Positions 23,801-36,277 of a stretch of 64,000 nt of DNA are shown here, in pieces; positions within the stretch are counted from its first letter, which is position 1; each line of letters starts with the position of its first letter. The translations under genes and the position numbers were made by a program. The DNA comes from Klebsormidium nitens. Lineage: Eukaryota; Plantae; Klebsormidiophyceae. The notes below the pieces were generated by a model. That model worked only from the letters and a program-made list of their open reading frames with translations, searched no databases and had not been told where the DNA came from. The stretch lies in the NCBI GenBank assembly GCA_000708835.1, contig DF237035.1, positions 69,899 to 133,898 of the forward strand. The letters are read 5' to 3'.

Positions 23801-25838
23801 ACACCCATCAGCGAGCCGTTTCGTCTGCTGACCCTACAACCGAAGCTCGTCCCTCCTCGTTGTGCTTGCGAAGTGGAAGGGTCATCATGCTCATCGCGTT
23901 AACGAGCATTTGCAGATTCTGGTCAGGCCGCGACTATGCAGCGAATGCTTGTCTATACTTCGCCCTCGAAGTTCGCCACTGTAGCATCTTACGGATAACG
24001 ATCTCTCAGCGTCGAAGCAGTTCGGGCACTGTGGCCGGCAATCGGTGTTTGACAAAAGACTCTTGTGCCAGCTCACTTCAAATCACGTGGGCCAAACATT
24101 CGACAAGTGATCTAGTCCTCGCTTCTATCGTGCAGTACATGGATTCCGCTGTGACCCCCCAGGCGATCGCGGGCCTCAGCGGGCTGATGCTGGCGCGGAA
24201 GCCGCTGGTGACGGCATATGCCACGCCCACGGTGCAGCTGGGCGGCGCGGAGGGCAAGGAGCCCACGTACGCGGTCCCGGAGCTCGCCAAGCCGCTGCTG
24301 GAGGAGCCGTCGAAAGTGCTAGAGTTTGCCAACATTGTAAGTGGGACTTGAAAACCTCTAAAGGGTCGGCAAATGGTCTGGGGGTGGTTTCGCGTATCGT
24401 TGACTGGGGTATTTGGCGGAAAAACTGAGTTGGACATGGAAGCGGCCACGTTTTGAGGGGTTCTGAAGATGGCGCTCTTTGTCGTGTTGCCTGACTGTAT
24501 CGAGTCGCCCTCCACTTCCGGCTTCTCGTTGCTGATTAGGCAGAGAGTCTTGCCTGGCACACACACTGGGGTCACGAGGTGTTTTAAGCGCTGTCTCCCT
24601 GAGGTTTACGATTCCCTCCGTGTTGAAACACCCGTCGGAGCGCTTCGGAGCCCCGAAAACTTGCTCAAGCTGTTTGTAGGCGCCGTTAAGAGATGTACAA
24701 ATACATCACGGTGCTTCGTGGCTGTCAGAACCCGTGGAAGGAGAACGTGGACTCCAGTTTTCGTTGTGACCCCCACACCTTTTGGTACCCCCATGCGCGA
24801 GCAGCTGAAGGCTCCGGACTGGCACGTGTAACCTAAGGGTTATTCAATGGTAACGTAACCTCCTGCACTTGAGTCGACCGACCGATTGAACTCTCACCGA
24901 GGGTTCCAATTCAGTATGCCGTACGGTATCGACGTGCAGTTTCGGCCTCCCGGATGTAGAGACAAGCGACTGGGTGACCTCGCGCAGTAACCAATCTACT
25001 GAGACGCGCGCGCAGGGGGTACCAACCATTGTGGGGGTCCAGAATGGAAAACTGGAGTCCACGTTCTCCTTCCACGGGTTCTGTCAGTATTTGTAGCCAT
25101 TCCACTGGGAACATTCGCCACATTCCGCTCTAACCTTTCTGCTTTTCGTTACAGGTGACTCGGGAGGAGTTGCTCACGCTGACGGAAGAGCAAGTTGAGG
25201 AGGTCATCGAAGACATCACGCTCGAGTGCGCGCGCTTCGGGACCGTCAAGTCCTCGCACGTGCCCAAGCCGGTCCGGACCGCGAAGAAAGAAGAAGCGGG
25301 CGATACGAAGGATACCATTGTCAAGATGGAGAGCGATGCCGATGCAAAGCCAGGTTTGTTGCAGAACGGCGGGGCGGTAACGGTGAAAACGGAGCCCATG
25401 GACGAGGATGAGAAGACGGAAGATGAAAAGAAAGAAGACGAGAAGATGGAAGAAGACGGGAAAGCGGAGGAGGACGGGAAAGCGGCGGAGGACGGGAAAG
25501 TGGAGGATGACGTCGAAGAGGACGATGACAAGAAGCGGGTTGTGTTGTTGGGCGACGCGGGCGCAGGCGTCAAGAAAGAGGAGGAGTTTATAAGCGTGGA
25601 GGATCCGGAGGGCGTCGGGAAGATCTTCGTGGAGTTCTCGCGGGAGGAGTCGGCGGTGAAAGCTGCGCAAGCGTTGCACAACCGGGTGTTCAACGGCAAG
25701 CGCGTGGCGGTCGGGTATCTGCCGGTCAAGCTGTATCAGAAGCTGTACGGCAAGGGCTTCGGGCTGTCGCACAAGTCGTACGACGAGCGGCAGGAGCTGT
25801 CGATCAAGGTGCAGGACTTCCTGTACGGCCCCGTTTAG
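17812..25838 (+). CDS. U2AF65: U2AF large-subunit (U2AF65)-like splicing factor with a long KE/RD/RS-rich N-terminus, two RRMs and a C-terminal UHM-type RRM; apparent 1-nt frameshift at G11 (19937-19947)
   Basis: Exons 17812-17917, 18442-~20071, 21053-21258, 21961-22143, 22588-22728, 22978-23019, 23489-23584, 24136-24336, 25155-25838. Motifs RRLYLGNLPP, GFGFADF..PEDAT..LDGIVLHGNALKIRRPRDY, IFLGNI, IEDITLECARFGTVKS, GVGKIFVEF, ALHNRVFNGKRV. Confidence 0.87.
20510..21075 (+). repeat. Array of four decayed copies (~110-147 bp period) of acceptor plus exon start, upstream of the U2AF65-like exon at 21053
   Basis: The cagc(a/g)agcagcctgcccaacttgaaccccc motif occurs at ~20522, 20631, 20778, 20921 and at the real exon (21053). 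Spacers share gtccaactcactgatccaatcag and gtcgtgcataacc. Confidence 0.92.
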
Positions 25839-26830
25839 CGAGGTCTTGGCATCTTGTCCAACGTGGCCGTGCTAGGCACGTTTGTAGATCGCAGCAGGTG
25901 TCGTCTTGTTTGCGGTCTGGACTTGCAAAACTAGGCGGACTCTGGCTGTCGTGAAGACGACTTCAAAGAAGTAGGAAGCCCGCCTAAGAATCCTGGATCA
26001 AGGTGTGGATGCTGCATCCTCAGGCCTTTGTTGGTGAATAGGCCTTGTTGGTGAATAGGCCTGATTGGCCTGCAGCAAACTTGTCTCAAGTACACATGTG
26101 CATGGGCGCAGCCGCCTTCCTGAGTCTGCATGGTGCTCGAATGAAGCTGCACCGTACACAATCTTCATGATTATCAGTGCAGCCTGCATTTCCTGTCAGC
26201 ACACATGTACACCTAGTATATGCAGCCGCCTGGCAGGCTGGCCAGGGAGTTCAATTGACGAGAGGCCGGCATCATGCATGGCACGGGGCCGACGCGGTGA
26301 CCAATAATGACTGCGATTTCGTATAATGTGCCATGCACCATGAGTCCACGCGCGACCGCCTCAGTCACAAATGAGGGCATACACAGCGGCTGTTGCATAT
26401 GGTAAATGTATGCATCAATTCATGCGCAGCTGTTCAGTCACGGCCTAGCCACTGGTCGATCATGGTGGGCGGCGTGTGGCAGTGACCGGCCATCATATCT
26501 TCAGATTGTTCACGACCTGCTGCCATGCAGGCAGCTACGTATATGCATCTCATGCAGAAATCGGCCGGCTAGCAGAGCAAGAGATGCACATGCAGACTCG
26601 AAAGATGCACTTTGTGCAATCTTGATCAGTGCACAACTTGATTGAAACAGACCGCTTACAGGCATGATCATGCACCACAGCTTAGGTACTGATTCCTCAG
26701 TAGATTTTGAACCAATCCAAGGCGCCTTTCATTGCTTCACTGGCAGCTCTAGGTGCTTCATAATGTACATGTGAACTGCGGCATTGACACGAACCCTCCT
26801 AATTGTGTACAGCATACGATCAGTAGAACA

Positions 26831-29800
26831 TTACCATTCTTCTATCTCCTCCGCTTCTTCTTCGACCTCTGCCGACTCTTTTCGTCGGTCAATTTCGAAA
26901 ACAGGCCCCCACGTGCTCAGTGATATGCCATGTTCAAGGCTCTCTTCCTGCCGCGCTGTGCCCTCCCCGTTTGCAGCTTTCCACCTCCGCAGTGCTTCGA
27001 TGTGTTTCATAAATGGCAGTAGCTCCAAAGCAAGGACCGCTGACCCTGCAGCTCCTGGAGCGAGGTAACTGGAGCTTTGCGAGAGAGACGCGCGCTGGAT
27101 TTGAGCCTGTAAAGAGAACGTAAGTACGATTGAGATCTTTACTAGACTGCCTTCCAGTCTGGGCCTCGTAACCATGTTCTGTCTGGCCTCGAGCTGAAGG
27201 ATGATTGGAGAAAGCGAACCTTGTTCAGAAACCACAATCTGAACGAGAAGAACATGAGCAGCCCTTTGAACAACAACCTTTATCTTGATGCGACTGGCTC
27301 GCGGCTGTTCGCATCTGTAGAAGGAGCTTCTCAAGCCGATCCAAAGATTTGGCGAAGCATGCCAACGGCGGTCCTGAAGCGCTCGAGATATTGAGCCAGC
27401 AGGTAATGACCAACAGAGCATCAAAACTGATTCAAGCCTAAGCGATGCTTCCTTGCAACAGGCCTCAGAGTCCAGATATCTCGTCTTCTACGTCCTCCAA
27501 AACTTCCAACTTACAGCCCTTCCGACACCCATTCCCCCGAAGTCAACTCCCGCTTACCAAGGTCTCCAGTCTTCTCCGCTCGACCTGCCCCGACACCGGC
27601 GCCCGGAACGCTTGCCACTTCCGCGGCGCCGGGTGCACGATCCCAAACAAAACCCCCCGCGCTGCAATCGCTGCCGCTGCCGCATGCCCCACCCTCCCGG
27701 GGTCCGGCTCCGCCCCCTGGTCCTCCGCAGGCGACGCCCTCGCGCCCCCCGCACGCCGCCGCAGGATGTGGTCCGCGTCGCTGAAGTACGCCGACGTCAC
27801 GCTGACGTCATCAATCGCGTCGTCGTCCACGAAGTGGAGCACGTTCTCGTGGAGGAAGGCGGTGACGGCCGGGCCGTCGAGGTGCGCGCGCGCGAGCGTC
27901 GCCTCGGGGGGCTGCGCCGAAGCCATCGGCCGCCGCCGCAGCTCCTCCCGGAGGGCCTGGTCTCCGCTGACGTCACCGTTGGCGCTGACCTGGCCGCTGA
28001 CATCAGCGTCGACTCGCTTGTTGTACAGAAACTTGCCAAGGGCCCTGAAGAGGGACAAGCCCGAGTCCCGGCCCCTGAGCTCCGGTCGATTCTCCGCTTG
28101 AGAATCAGGTACCCCTAGGTCGTCCTCCACGACCGACGCTTGAGTACCGTTTTGACCGACATCCTCAGAATCTTCGAGCGCCCCCTTCTTGCCGCGCTTT
28201 GCTGCGGCCTTTTTCTTCTTGGCTTTCTTCACCGGTTTGGCGCTCTGGCTCTGCCCGAGGCAATGGAACTGGAGAGTCGCGAGCGCTTGCCGTAGATCCC
28301 CCCCACTCTCCTCTGCAATTGCAGCCAGGTCCTCTTCAGGGGGGTCGTACCGTTCCTCGTTGGCAACCCGGCGAAGGACTTTGCAAATGTTGGCCTTCGT
28401 AATGTCGTTGAAGGAAATCTGCAAAGAAAAATTTCGACTTCACGAATGCATGAAACAATCATCTCACAGTTCGTAGCTTCTGCTGGATCAAGATCAGGCC
28501 GTCATGTTTCTATCGATGCGAACAGACACTCCCAAAGAGATCTTGAAACTGCATCACAGTACCCAAGCACGGAGGAGTCAGGTCACCGACAAAGAAACGG
28601 AAGGCTCCGCAAACGGGTTACCCTCGCTGCGCCCCCTCTTTCGAGGGCCTGCTGAAACGCGGCGGTTGCCCCCCACCGCGGTTGATTGTCGCCCTGCCCC
28701 GACTGGCCCGCCTGCCCCTCTGAGAGTATCACAACGGTCGGGAACCGAGCGCTGCGAGCAAGAATCTCCAGGCTGTCACACAACCGCTGCCTCCTGTCTC
28801 CCTCTGCTGCGAGCGGCATGTCGTCTATGAGCACCACTTTCCCTTGCGGAACTTGCTGGCTGAGCTTCATATTGGGGGGGGACCCGTTGGAGGTTTGAGG
28901 GTCTAGGGTCAGGGTTGCAAGGGAGGGAACCAGTGGGACGAGCGGAAACTTCTCGGCTTTGTCGAGGAAGGCGTCAAAGTCGTCCAGCTTGGAAGAGTAG
29001 CCGGGACCGACCCCTCTATGGTGCACGTGTTCTTCCCAGAGAGTTGGGACCGGCGTCTGCCATTCAGTGACCTGGAGGTTCAGAGGCTTGCACAGGACGT
29101 GCACTGTCGTGCTCTTGCCTGCACCAGGGGGCCCGACCAAGAGAAGCACCTTGCTGCTGCTGGAACCTGATTGGCACGATTCCAGCCATGCTTTCACCTC
29201 GCCTACTTTCTTCTTCTGCACAGCCAGCTCCTCTTCTAAAGCAGGAAAGTACTTGTCGGCCCAGATTGTAGTGCGTGGCGTCTTTAGGAGCAGGCTGTCT
29301 TGAGTGCCCCGACGTTCTGGATTGCTGTCAGGTGCGGGGTCGAGCTTTGGCTTCTTGGCCGGAGGTTGGAAGGTTGGCCAGGCAAAGGCACCCCCAACCT
29401 CTGCTGTAGAAGCCAGAAGACAGCTTTCGTCAGATGGTGCCTTTTTAGCAGGGAGTGTGTTGAATAACGCTGATCAAGATTGATGCAACAAAAGACCTGC
29501 CAGAAGATGCTTGGGCTGGGTGCCCTCAGGTTCCTACGTGTATCATTCTATCCGGTTGAGCAAGGGCAGATTTCCCGAGAATGTTGTCAGCAACCTTGAA
29601 GCCATGTGTTGCATCGCTTGCAGTCTTCCTTGCTTCCAGGAGCTGTCAAACTGACATCTGGATCAAAGGATCACTTTCTGCATCCAAAGGAATGTCTTCA
29701 GCTCACACAGTATCTCCGCTCTGAAACAGTCGATAAAGCACCCCTCAAAGTGAGATGCAGATATAATCTTGCAGACTGTACAGCAGGAACAGACTTGCAT

Positions 29801-30321
29801 CTTTTCTAAGTTTGAGAGGAGGCTTCTCACCGCGCTCTCGCCTAACAAAGCGCTCCACATTCTGAGCCTGTGCTGCTTTTGCGCCCTGCAGAATCCAGGG
29901 CACAGAGGTCACTTATGAGCAATTCTGAGCAACGAGCACTTTCAAAAGTTTTTGGATTAGTCTGATATTATGAATTGCACTCGCAGCTCCCCATCATAAC
30001 CAGGAGCATCAGCTCCGATGATCACGGACAACATCCTTCTGCAAGCTCCCTTATTAGGAGAAACTGAAGCGAGGTGTCAGAGGAGCTCAGTCAGGAGCAG
30101 CAGTTATTGACTTTGCTCACATTTCCATTGCTGGAAGCTGTTAGCCCCTTCCTGGATAGTCCCAGTCCTTTTATCGACTTCTTTGACGGCTTGCGTGACT
30201 TTGGGGACCCTCTGGCATCCTCCTTAGCGATTATCCCACTCACATCCTCATCCACACCAGAGTCACAATCCGAGTCTGAGAGTATGACAACTGCTCGCCT
30301 TTTGCCTCTGCTCGTCATCAT
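26831..30321 (-). CDS. RAD17: Cell-cycle checkpoint clamp loader RAD17
   Basis: WADKYFP..EEELAVQKKKV, Walker A GPPGAGKST, EWQTP, ISFNDIT...KVLRR, GDLRQALATLQF, GRDSGLSLFRALGKFLYNKR, acidic EEIEEW C-terminus. Exons ending at 28622 and spanning 28418-27558 are clear. The 5' exons and start codon are less certain. Confidence 0.9.
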
Positions 30322-31057
30322 TCCACCTTCAGTCAATGAATTGCTGAATTGCAAAAGGCACGCGGACCTTTTGCCAAGCGCAATGTCGAGCAGCACTTCT
30401 CCACTGCAGCCCTGATCCTAGCCTAGGAGACTTGATTGCAACTCATCGGCCCTTCCTGCCAGCTACAGTAGCAGCGCTTCCTGCCCCACTGTCTTCCTGA
30501 TTGGCAGAAAGTCGTCCTCCATTGTATGCCCTAGCTCTCCCTTCCCGTTGTTGCTAGGACATTAAAATCACGGTATATTAGCTTATAACTGAAGCTTCAT
30601 AAGGGCTCATAAAATTGTACTCAAATATAGACAAATGCAGAGCGTTACATTCGTCCGTGTGTTCTCAAGACGGTGCTGCGCCAACCAGGCTCCACCATCA
30701 CGATTCTTGCTTCTCCAGCAACGAATGAAAGCGCGGCGCTGCGGATTTTCGGTGGCGTACCCTTGCACAGAATCTGTAATGATAGGCAAAACGCCAAATA
30801 AAAGCTGTAAGGTTTTGGTATCATCTTTGATTTCAAGTTTCAACCCATTCCAACCTCTGGCTCTGGCTCAAGATCGCTGTCATGTCTTGAAGTTGAAGAA
30901 TCACACATTTGAGCTGCACGGTCTTCCACAAGTTCCACTTCAAGTTCAGGAATCAAAGCGAGCAACATCTTGCAAGTACTAGCTAGTAGCGCAGCGCGCC
31001 TTCTTTGCTTTGGGAGCCAAGGAAAGGCGCACGTTCTGTATCAATCGTTTTGAAAAG

Positions 31058-34000
31058 ATGGGGGAGGAGAAGAAGAACACCGCAGGTAAGTTGACAATAT
31101 GGTTGAATGCTGCCAGCAACGAGTTGTGTTGTCTACTTCTGGACCAGCCCCACAGGTCATGGCAAGGTGTTGCTGTTTAATCTGGATGCAGGTTCTCCAT
31201 CAAGGTCCACAAACTCATCAGACGGAGGTAGAAGAAGTACAACCCTCCTCTTTGCAGTGGCCGAGAAGGAAGAGACTGCCCCGAATGGAGCCGCAGCGGA
31301 AAATGGCGCCCCCGGAACAAACCCTCTGGCTCCGGCGGGCGGGCCTGGGGGAGCCTTTGATTTCTCAGGAATGTCTAGCCTCCTGGAGGTGAGGCTGCGT
31401 GAAGAGTGCACCGGGGAGATACAAGCAACGGCACTTTCAAAAAGTGCATGTGTGGCGAAGGTTTTCATCATCCTTGCCTTTGAATGGAAAGGTCAATCAA
31501 AAGGGTTACAGTGCATGTAAGGTTTTGCTAGTTTATTTGCCTGTGTCTGTGTTGAGTGTTTCTTTTGTTGTGGCCTGCCGCTTGTCCGATTGCAAACGTT
31601 GCAGTTCAGTTGAAGGTACTGAACTTCTCCCAGAGTACAGGCCAATAAGCAGAGGATGCTGTGACTCTACGGCATTGTTGCTGAGACATACTCTTGGTGC
31701 ATCTGCGGACCCGCTATCACGTAGATGGCCAAGGCTTTTGAAAGTCACGGTTCAGATTATGGCATTGAATAAGACTTCATTTAGATGCAGATAAGCAGAC
31801 GACGCTGTGACTCTACAGCGTTCATGTTCGAGCATACTCTCCTGCTTACCAGGACCCCGCTATCAAGGAGATGGCGGAGCAGATTGCCAAGGACCCTGCC
31901 TTCAGTCAAGTCACGCAGCAGCTGCAGAAGAGCATGACGGCCAGCCCTGACGGCAACCCTCAGATTGATCCCCAGCAGTACATGACGGCCATGCGCTCGG
32001 TCATGGAGAACCCCCAGTTTGTGCAGATGGCCGAGAAGCTCGGTTCGGCGCTGATGTCGGTTAGTGCATTTTGAAAGCTTTTGGCGCCACCCATTACTTC
32101 TAACCATTATCGCCTGGGCTTGAAGATTGCTTCCAGCACATGGCAGTGATAGGATGAAAGGATCAGTGCCTCTGAGCAGGCTTGATATGAGTTTGTTCTG
32201 TTCCCAGAGGAAATGGAAGAACGGCATTTTGGTCTGTGCAGCATTGCAGAGGAGAAAGGCAACAGGTTCCTTCGGTTGTATGTCAGCATCCTCGTTGTAC
32301 ACAACTCACGATCAGAGAAATGCTCAGGAACTATCTTCAGGTATCAGCTCTCTGAGCTTGTTATGAACCCTCCAGCGCTCTCATTTCAAAAGCTTGAAGT
32401 GACTCGAGAGGTGGCAAAGCAGCCGGGAACAATTGCTGGTGTTGTTTGAGGTTGTCAGGCGATGGAGACGTCAGGAAGTACCCAAGGAGATGTCAGGATT
32501 GTTTTTCAGAGTTTCAGCGTTGTCCTTAAGACACTGACAAGCCTCGATGAATGTGAATCAGGTATCTAAGCTCTATGATTAACTAGGTCAAGCCCTTGGA
32601 ACGGGTGGGGTTGGCTTGGCGGTTAGGGTGGGTCAGGGTGTGGAGCGTGGGAATGTTTGGGATTAGGGTTTTGACTTGGTTTTGCCGGTAAGAATGACGC
32701 ATGATTCATTAGCTTATTATACATAGAATCAGACAGTTTTCAAACACTTACCGTTGTTTTGCAGGACCCCAACATGGCCCAAGTGTTCCAGACGATGCAC
32801 AACCCGCAGTCCCGGGAAGAGATGGACAAGAAGGTTGCCAAGCTGAAGGAAGATCCGGAGCTGGGCCCCATTCTGGCGGAGCTCGAGACCGGCGGCCCGA
32901 CCGCCATGATGAAGTAAGTGCACCAATTATTCTCAGTTCTGACATTCTTCAGGAAGACTTGGTGTGTGCTTGTCTGCTTGGCTTGTCTAGAATGATGTAC
33001 GTGTTCAATGGTGAAGCTCTAGTGGAGAGGTGGTCAGATCTCTGGGTGTCTGGATGGTCCTTTCATATCATTCCCCTGTTGTCACGTCTTGTGTGACAAA
33101 TGCTGAAGCTTATTCACTGCAAAGGAGAGCAGGCCTCGTGTTCTGAACAACTTCGCCCAGGGGTTGGGTAAAATGCAGTGGCCCCTTCGGCATCCGCTTG
33201 GCAGGTTGTTCATATCATTCTCCATGCGCTCCTGCTTCAACCTAAGTGCGCCTTTGTCTTTGGCGCATTTTCACGAACGTGTTTAGAGCTCTCCATGGAA
33301 TCTACACAAGTCCTGACCAAGGTGAAACATCCTCAGGTACTGGAACAACCCCGACATCCTGCAAAAGCTCGGCAAGGCGATGGGTGGCATGGGCGGAGGC
33401 TTCCCCGGAGGGTTTGCCCCGGGCGCCGGCGGGTTCCCGATGTTCCCTGGTGGAGCTGGAGGGTTCCCTGGAGGGGCTGGCGCGTACCCGGGGGGGTTCC
33501 CCGAGGGCTATGCTGAGGAGGGGGAAGAAGACGAGGGCGAGGGCGAAGTTGAGGACGGCGAGGAGGGAGAGGAGCCGCCACTGCACGCAGCGGCTAGCAG
33601 CGGGAATCATGAGGTCAGCAGCAGAGGATTGGCTGTGGATGAGTCTCGGTTTCGTGAGTTGTTCACCAAAGTGCGGCACTGGATGGAAAATTCCAGGGAC
33701 AGAGATATGGAGAGAAGCACAATGGTTTTGAAGGCTTTTATTACGGGGGTAGATTGACGAGACATGCGCTGACCCTGGGAAAGGGGTATGGACAAAATGT
33801 CTAGTGAGGGTGCTTGCTGCTTTTAGAGCTGGGCATGGCATACCTCAGCTTTCGGGCCATGAGAGCGTCGTCACGAGGTAGCGGAAATCAGCACTCATGC
33901 TTGGGCCACAGGGTTACGCAAGTTTGTGGTGTCTGCCGCCCCCCTCAGCAAATGGGATTCGATGCAGTTCAGTCCAGGCACTGGACGTCAACAAAGCTGT

Positions 34001-35282
34001 GGTTGTACATAGCTAGGGTCACCACTGCGTGAACTAGGAGTGGGCGGATAGCACATGCATCGGTTTCGAACCACAGCGGCAGTACTCTCTGTGTGATAAA
34101 CTGCTGGAAAGGTTTCTGAGATGGCTATACAAGGTTCTGAGTAGTCTGGATAATTGCTCAGTGCGTTTGTGGTTTCGCCTTTCCTTTTCCCCCTCCCAAG
34201 GGTGGCGCTCTTGCTAGAAGCTGCAAAGATTGAATGCTGGCAGTGACTGGACCTCTGCTTGTGCTGTGCAGGAGGTCAAGAAGTTGATTGACGAGGGCGC
34301 GGACAAGGACGAACAGGATGCTGAGGGGCGGACAGCGCTGCACTTCGCAGCTGGTTATGGAGAGGTAAGCAACAATATGGTCAAGGGCTCACTGTGTGTC
34401 CCAAATATCTGTCCATGACAGACTTGGCTTGAGTTGCACATGCCGCAGGTCGTAAGCGGTGCTTTTGGATTTTGAGATTCTTTGTGAGCGGCCTTTAGGA
34501 AAGAGTTGTCTGTTATAGTGGGCTTGGCAGCACCATTTTATAGCAATGAGTGAGCCCCTCCACAACAAGATCCTGCGCCGCCGCCAAATGGGGAGGGGGG
34601 GACTTGCTTGGGGAAAGTGCCCCTTGCTTAAGTGCCCTTGCTTTGTACTCAGAGCATATCGCTTGTCCCCTCCAGATGAAATGTGCGGAGGCCCTGTTGG
34701 ATGCGGGCGCTGACGTGAACGCCACCGACAAGAATAAGAATACCGCGCTGCACTATGCGGCGGGCTATGGGCGGGCGGAGTGCGTTGAGATGCTCGTGAA
34801 GGCTGGTGCCTCATGGTAAGTGCTTGGGCAGAGCGGCCTTGCAAGGAATGCTTACAACAGGGGGCGTTTGTCGCATTTGACGTGTTCGTTTGCAGTGTCT
34901 GCTGGTTCTAAATCACGTTGAGATTTTCACCATTGAGAAGGGCAAGAGAGGATTGAGGCCCGAGGGGGCTGGGACTTTGTTTTGGAAATCTCGAAGGCTA
35001 TCTCTAGGTTGATTTGAGATTTGAACGTCCAGAAGGATCTGATTTACAATCTCCTGGGGTGCCCGTATGTGTTAATTGAGAAGATTCTCTCGGTTTGCTG
35101 GTGGCTGGTCAATGGCGATGGCTCTTTATTGCACGGTCTGCCTGCTCAGATTATTGATGTCGGATCTTATCTTGTCTTGCAGTACTCTCCGCAATATGGA
35201 CGGAAAGACACCCGGCGATGTTGCTAAGCTCAACAATCAGAAGGACGTCCTGAAGTCCCTCGAGACTGATGTCTTCTTGTAA
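31058..35282 (+). CDS. AKR2A: Ankyrin repeat domain-containing protein 2 (AKR2A/B-like chaperone), 8 exons
   Basis: Exons 31058-31085, 31258-31388, 31853-32059, 32765-32913, 33337-33613, 34272-34364, 34676-34815, 35183-35282. [33 protein letters not shown], ankyrin repeats [13 protein letters not shown] and [13 protein letters not shown], end [25 protein letters not shown]. Confidence 0.93.
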
Positions 35283-36277
35283 GTAAAGATTGGCCAAGCA
35301 CTACAGCTTCGTTATTCATTGGCATCTCAATGGTTATCGTAGCAGCAGGGGCATACACTTTTGGTCCGCATCCGTCGGACAGATCGTAGACTGCAGTCGA
35401 ATGCATTCTTCGAAGCGAATAATTGGACGGTTTAGTGTCATTCAGTGGATGATCATTCTGAGTCGAGACTAGTCCTTCACCTTTCAATTGAGTGGGAAAA
35501 GCCGATGGGCGTTCCGAGTTCCTGTGGTTCTTTCAAGCATTGACACCGTGTCTCGAGGCTTCCTGTGCGACAATGGTTATTGATGTGCGAAAGCTTTGTG
35601 CAACTCTTCTTAAGCTAGCGCAATCGGTCATGGGCCCTCACTGATTAAATGTTCCCATGAATCAGTGGCGCGGCTGCACGTTGCAAGTATCATTCCAGAA
35701 TGGCCAATCTCATGGTGTCATCACGTAGTGGAAAAACGACTGTACAGTGTCATTTGGTCAGGGACGGTCATGTGGCCTAGGCCTGATCGGCCAGCTAGTT
35801 ACCCTTGTTGCTCAAGCCTGCCAGCACTGACGCCAGTACAATATACGCAGATAATCCACTCATGGTGCATCCAATCGGCCATGCAAATGATACAGGTCCG
35901 GGTCAAGCTAGCTAGCTAGCTACTAGTTACATCAAGCTCCCTGCAGTAATTATTGCATGATCTAGGTTCGATCTGACTCATTAATTAGCCGATATTCAGA
36001 ATTACGTGGCAGATCCTGACCCCAAGGGGTCGCTTGGGCAGATAAGTGTAACGTGGACAATGACGCATTGCAAAGAACACGATATTGCCGTCATGCTGTG
36101 CATACAGCTCATACGAACTCATACAATGCCCAAGGATCCACATCAGACAGCCATTGATGGGACGTATGGTGCCTTCGTCGAGGGACAACAAAACTGTCAT
36201 CATGCGGTCACAAAACGGCAACAACCGTCGTCTCCTTGACAGAAGTCCTCACTGATGCGTTCTCGAAGTTCTCTCAT

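Noticed and set aside
25130-25772. Antisense ORFs of 199 and 207 aa over the last U2AF65-like exon
   Set aside because: Shadow ORFs of a GC-rich, acidic coding exon.
27445-28118. Plus-strand ORFs of 218 and 221 aa opposite RAD17
   Set aside because: Antisense shadows of a high-GC3 exon.
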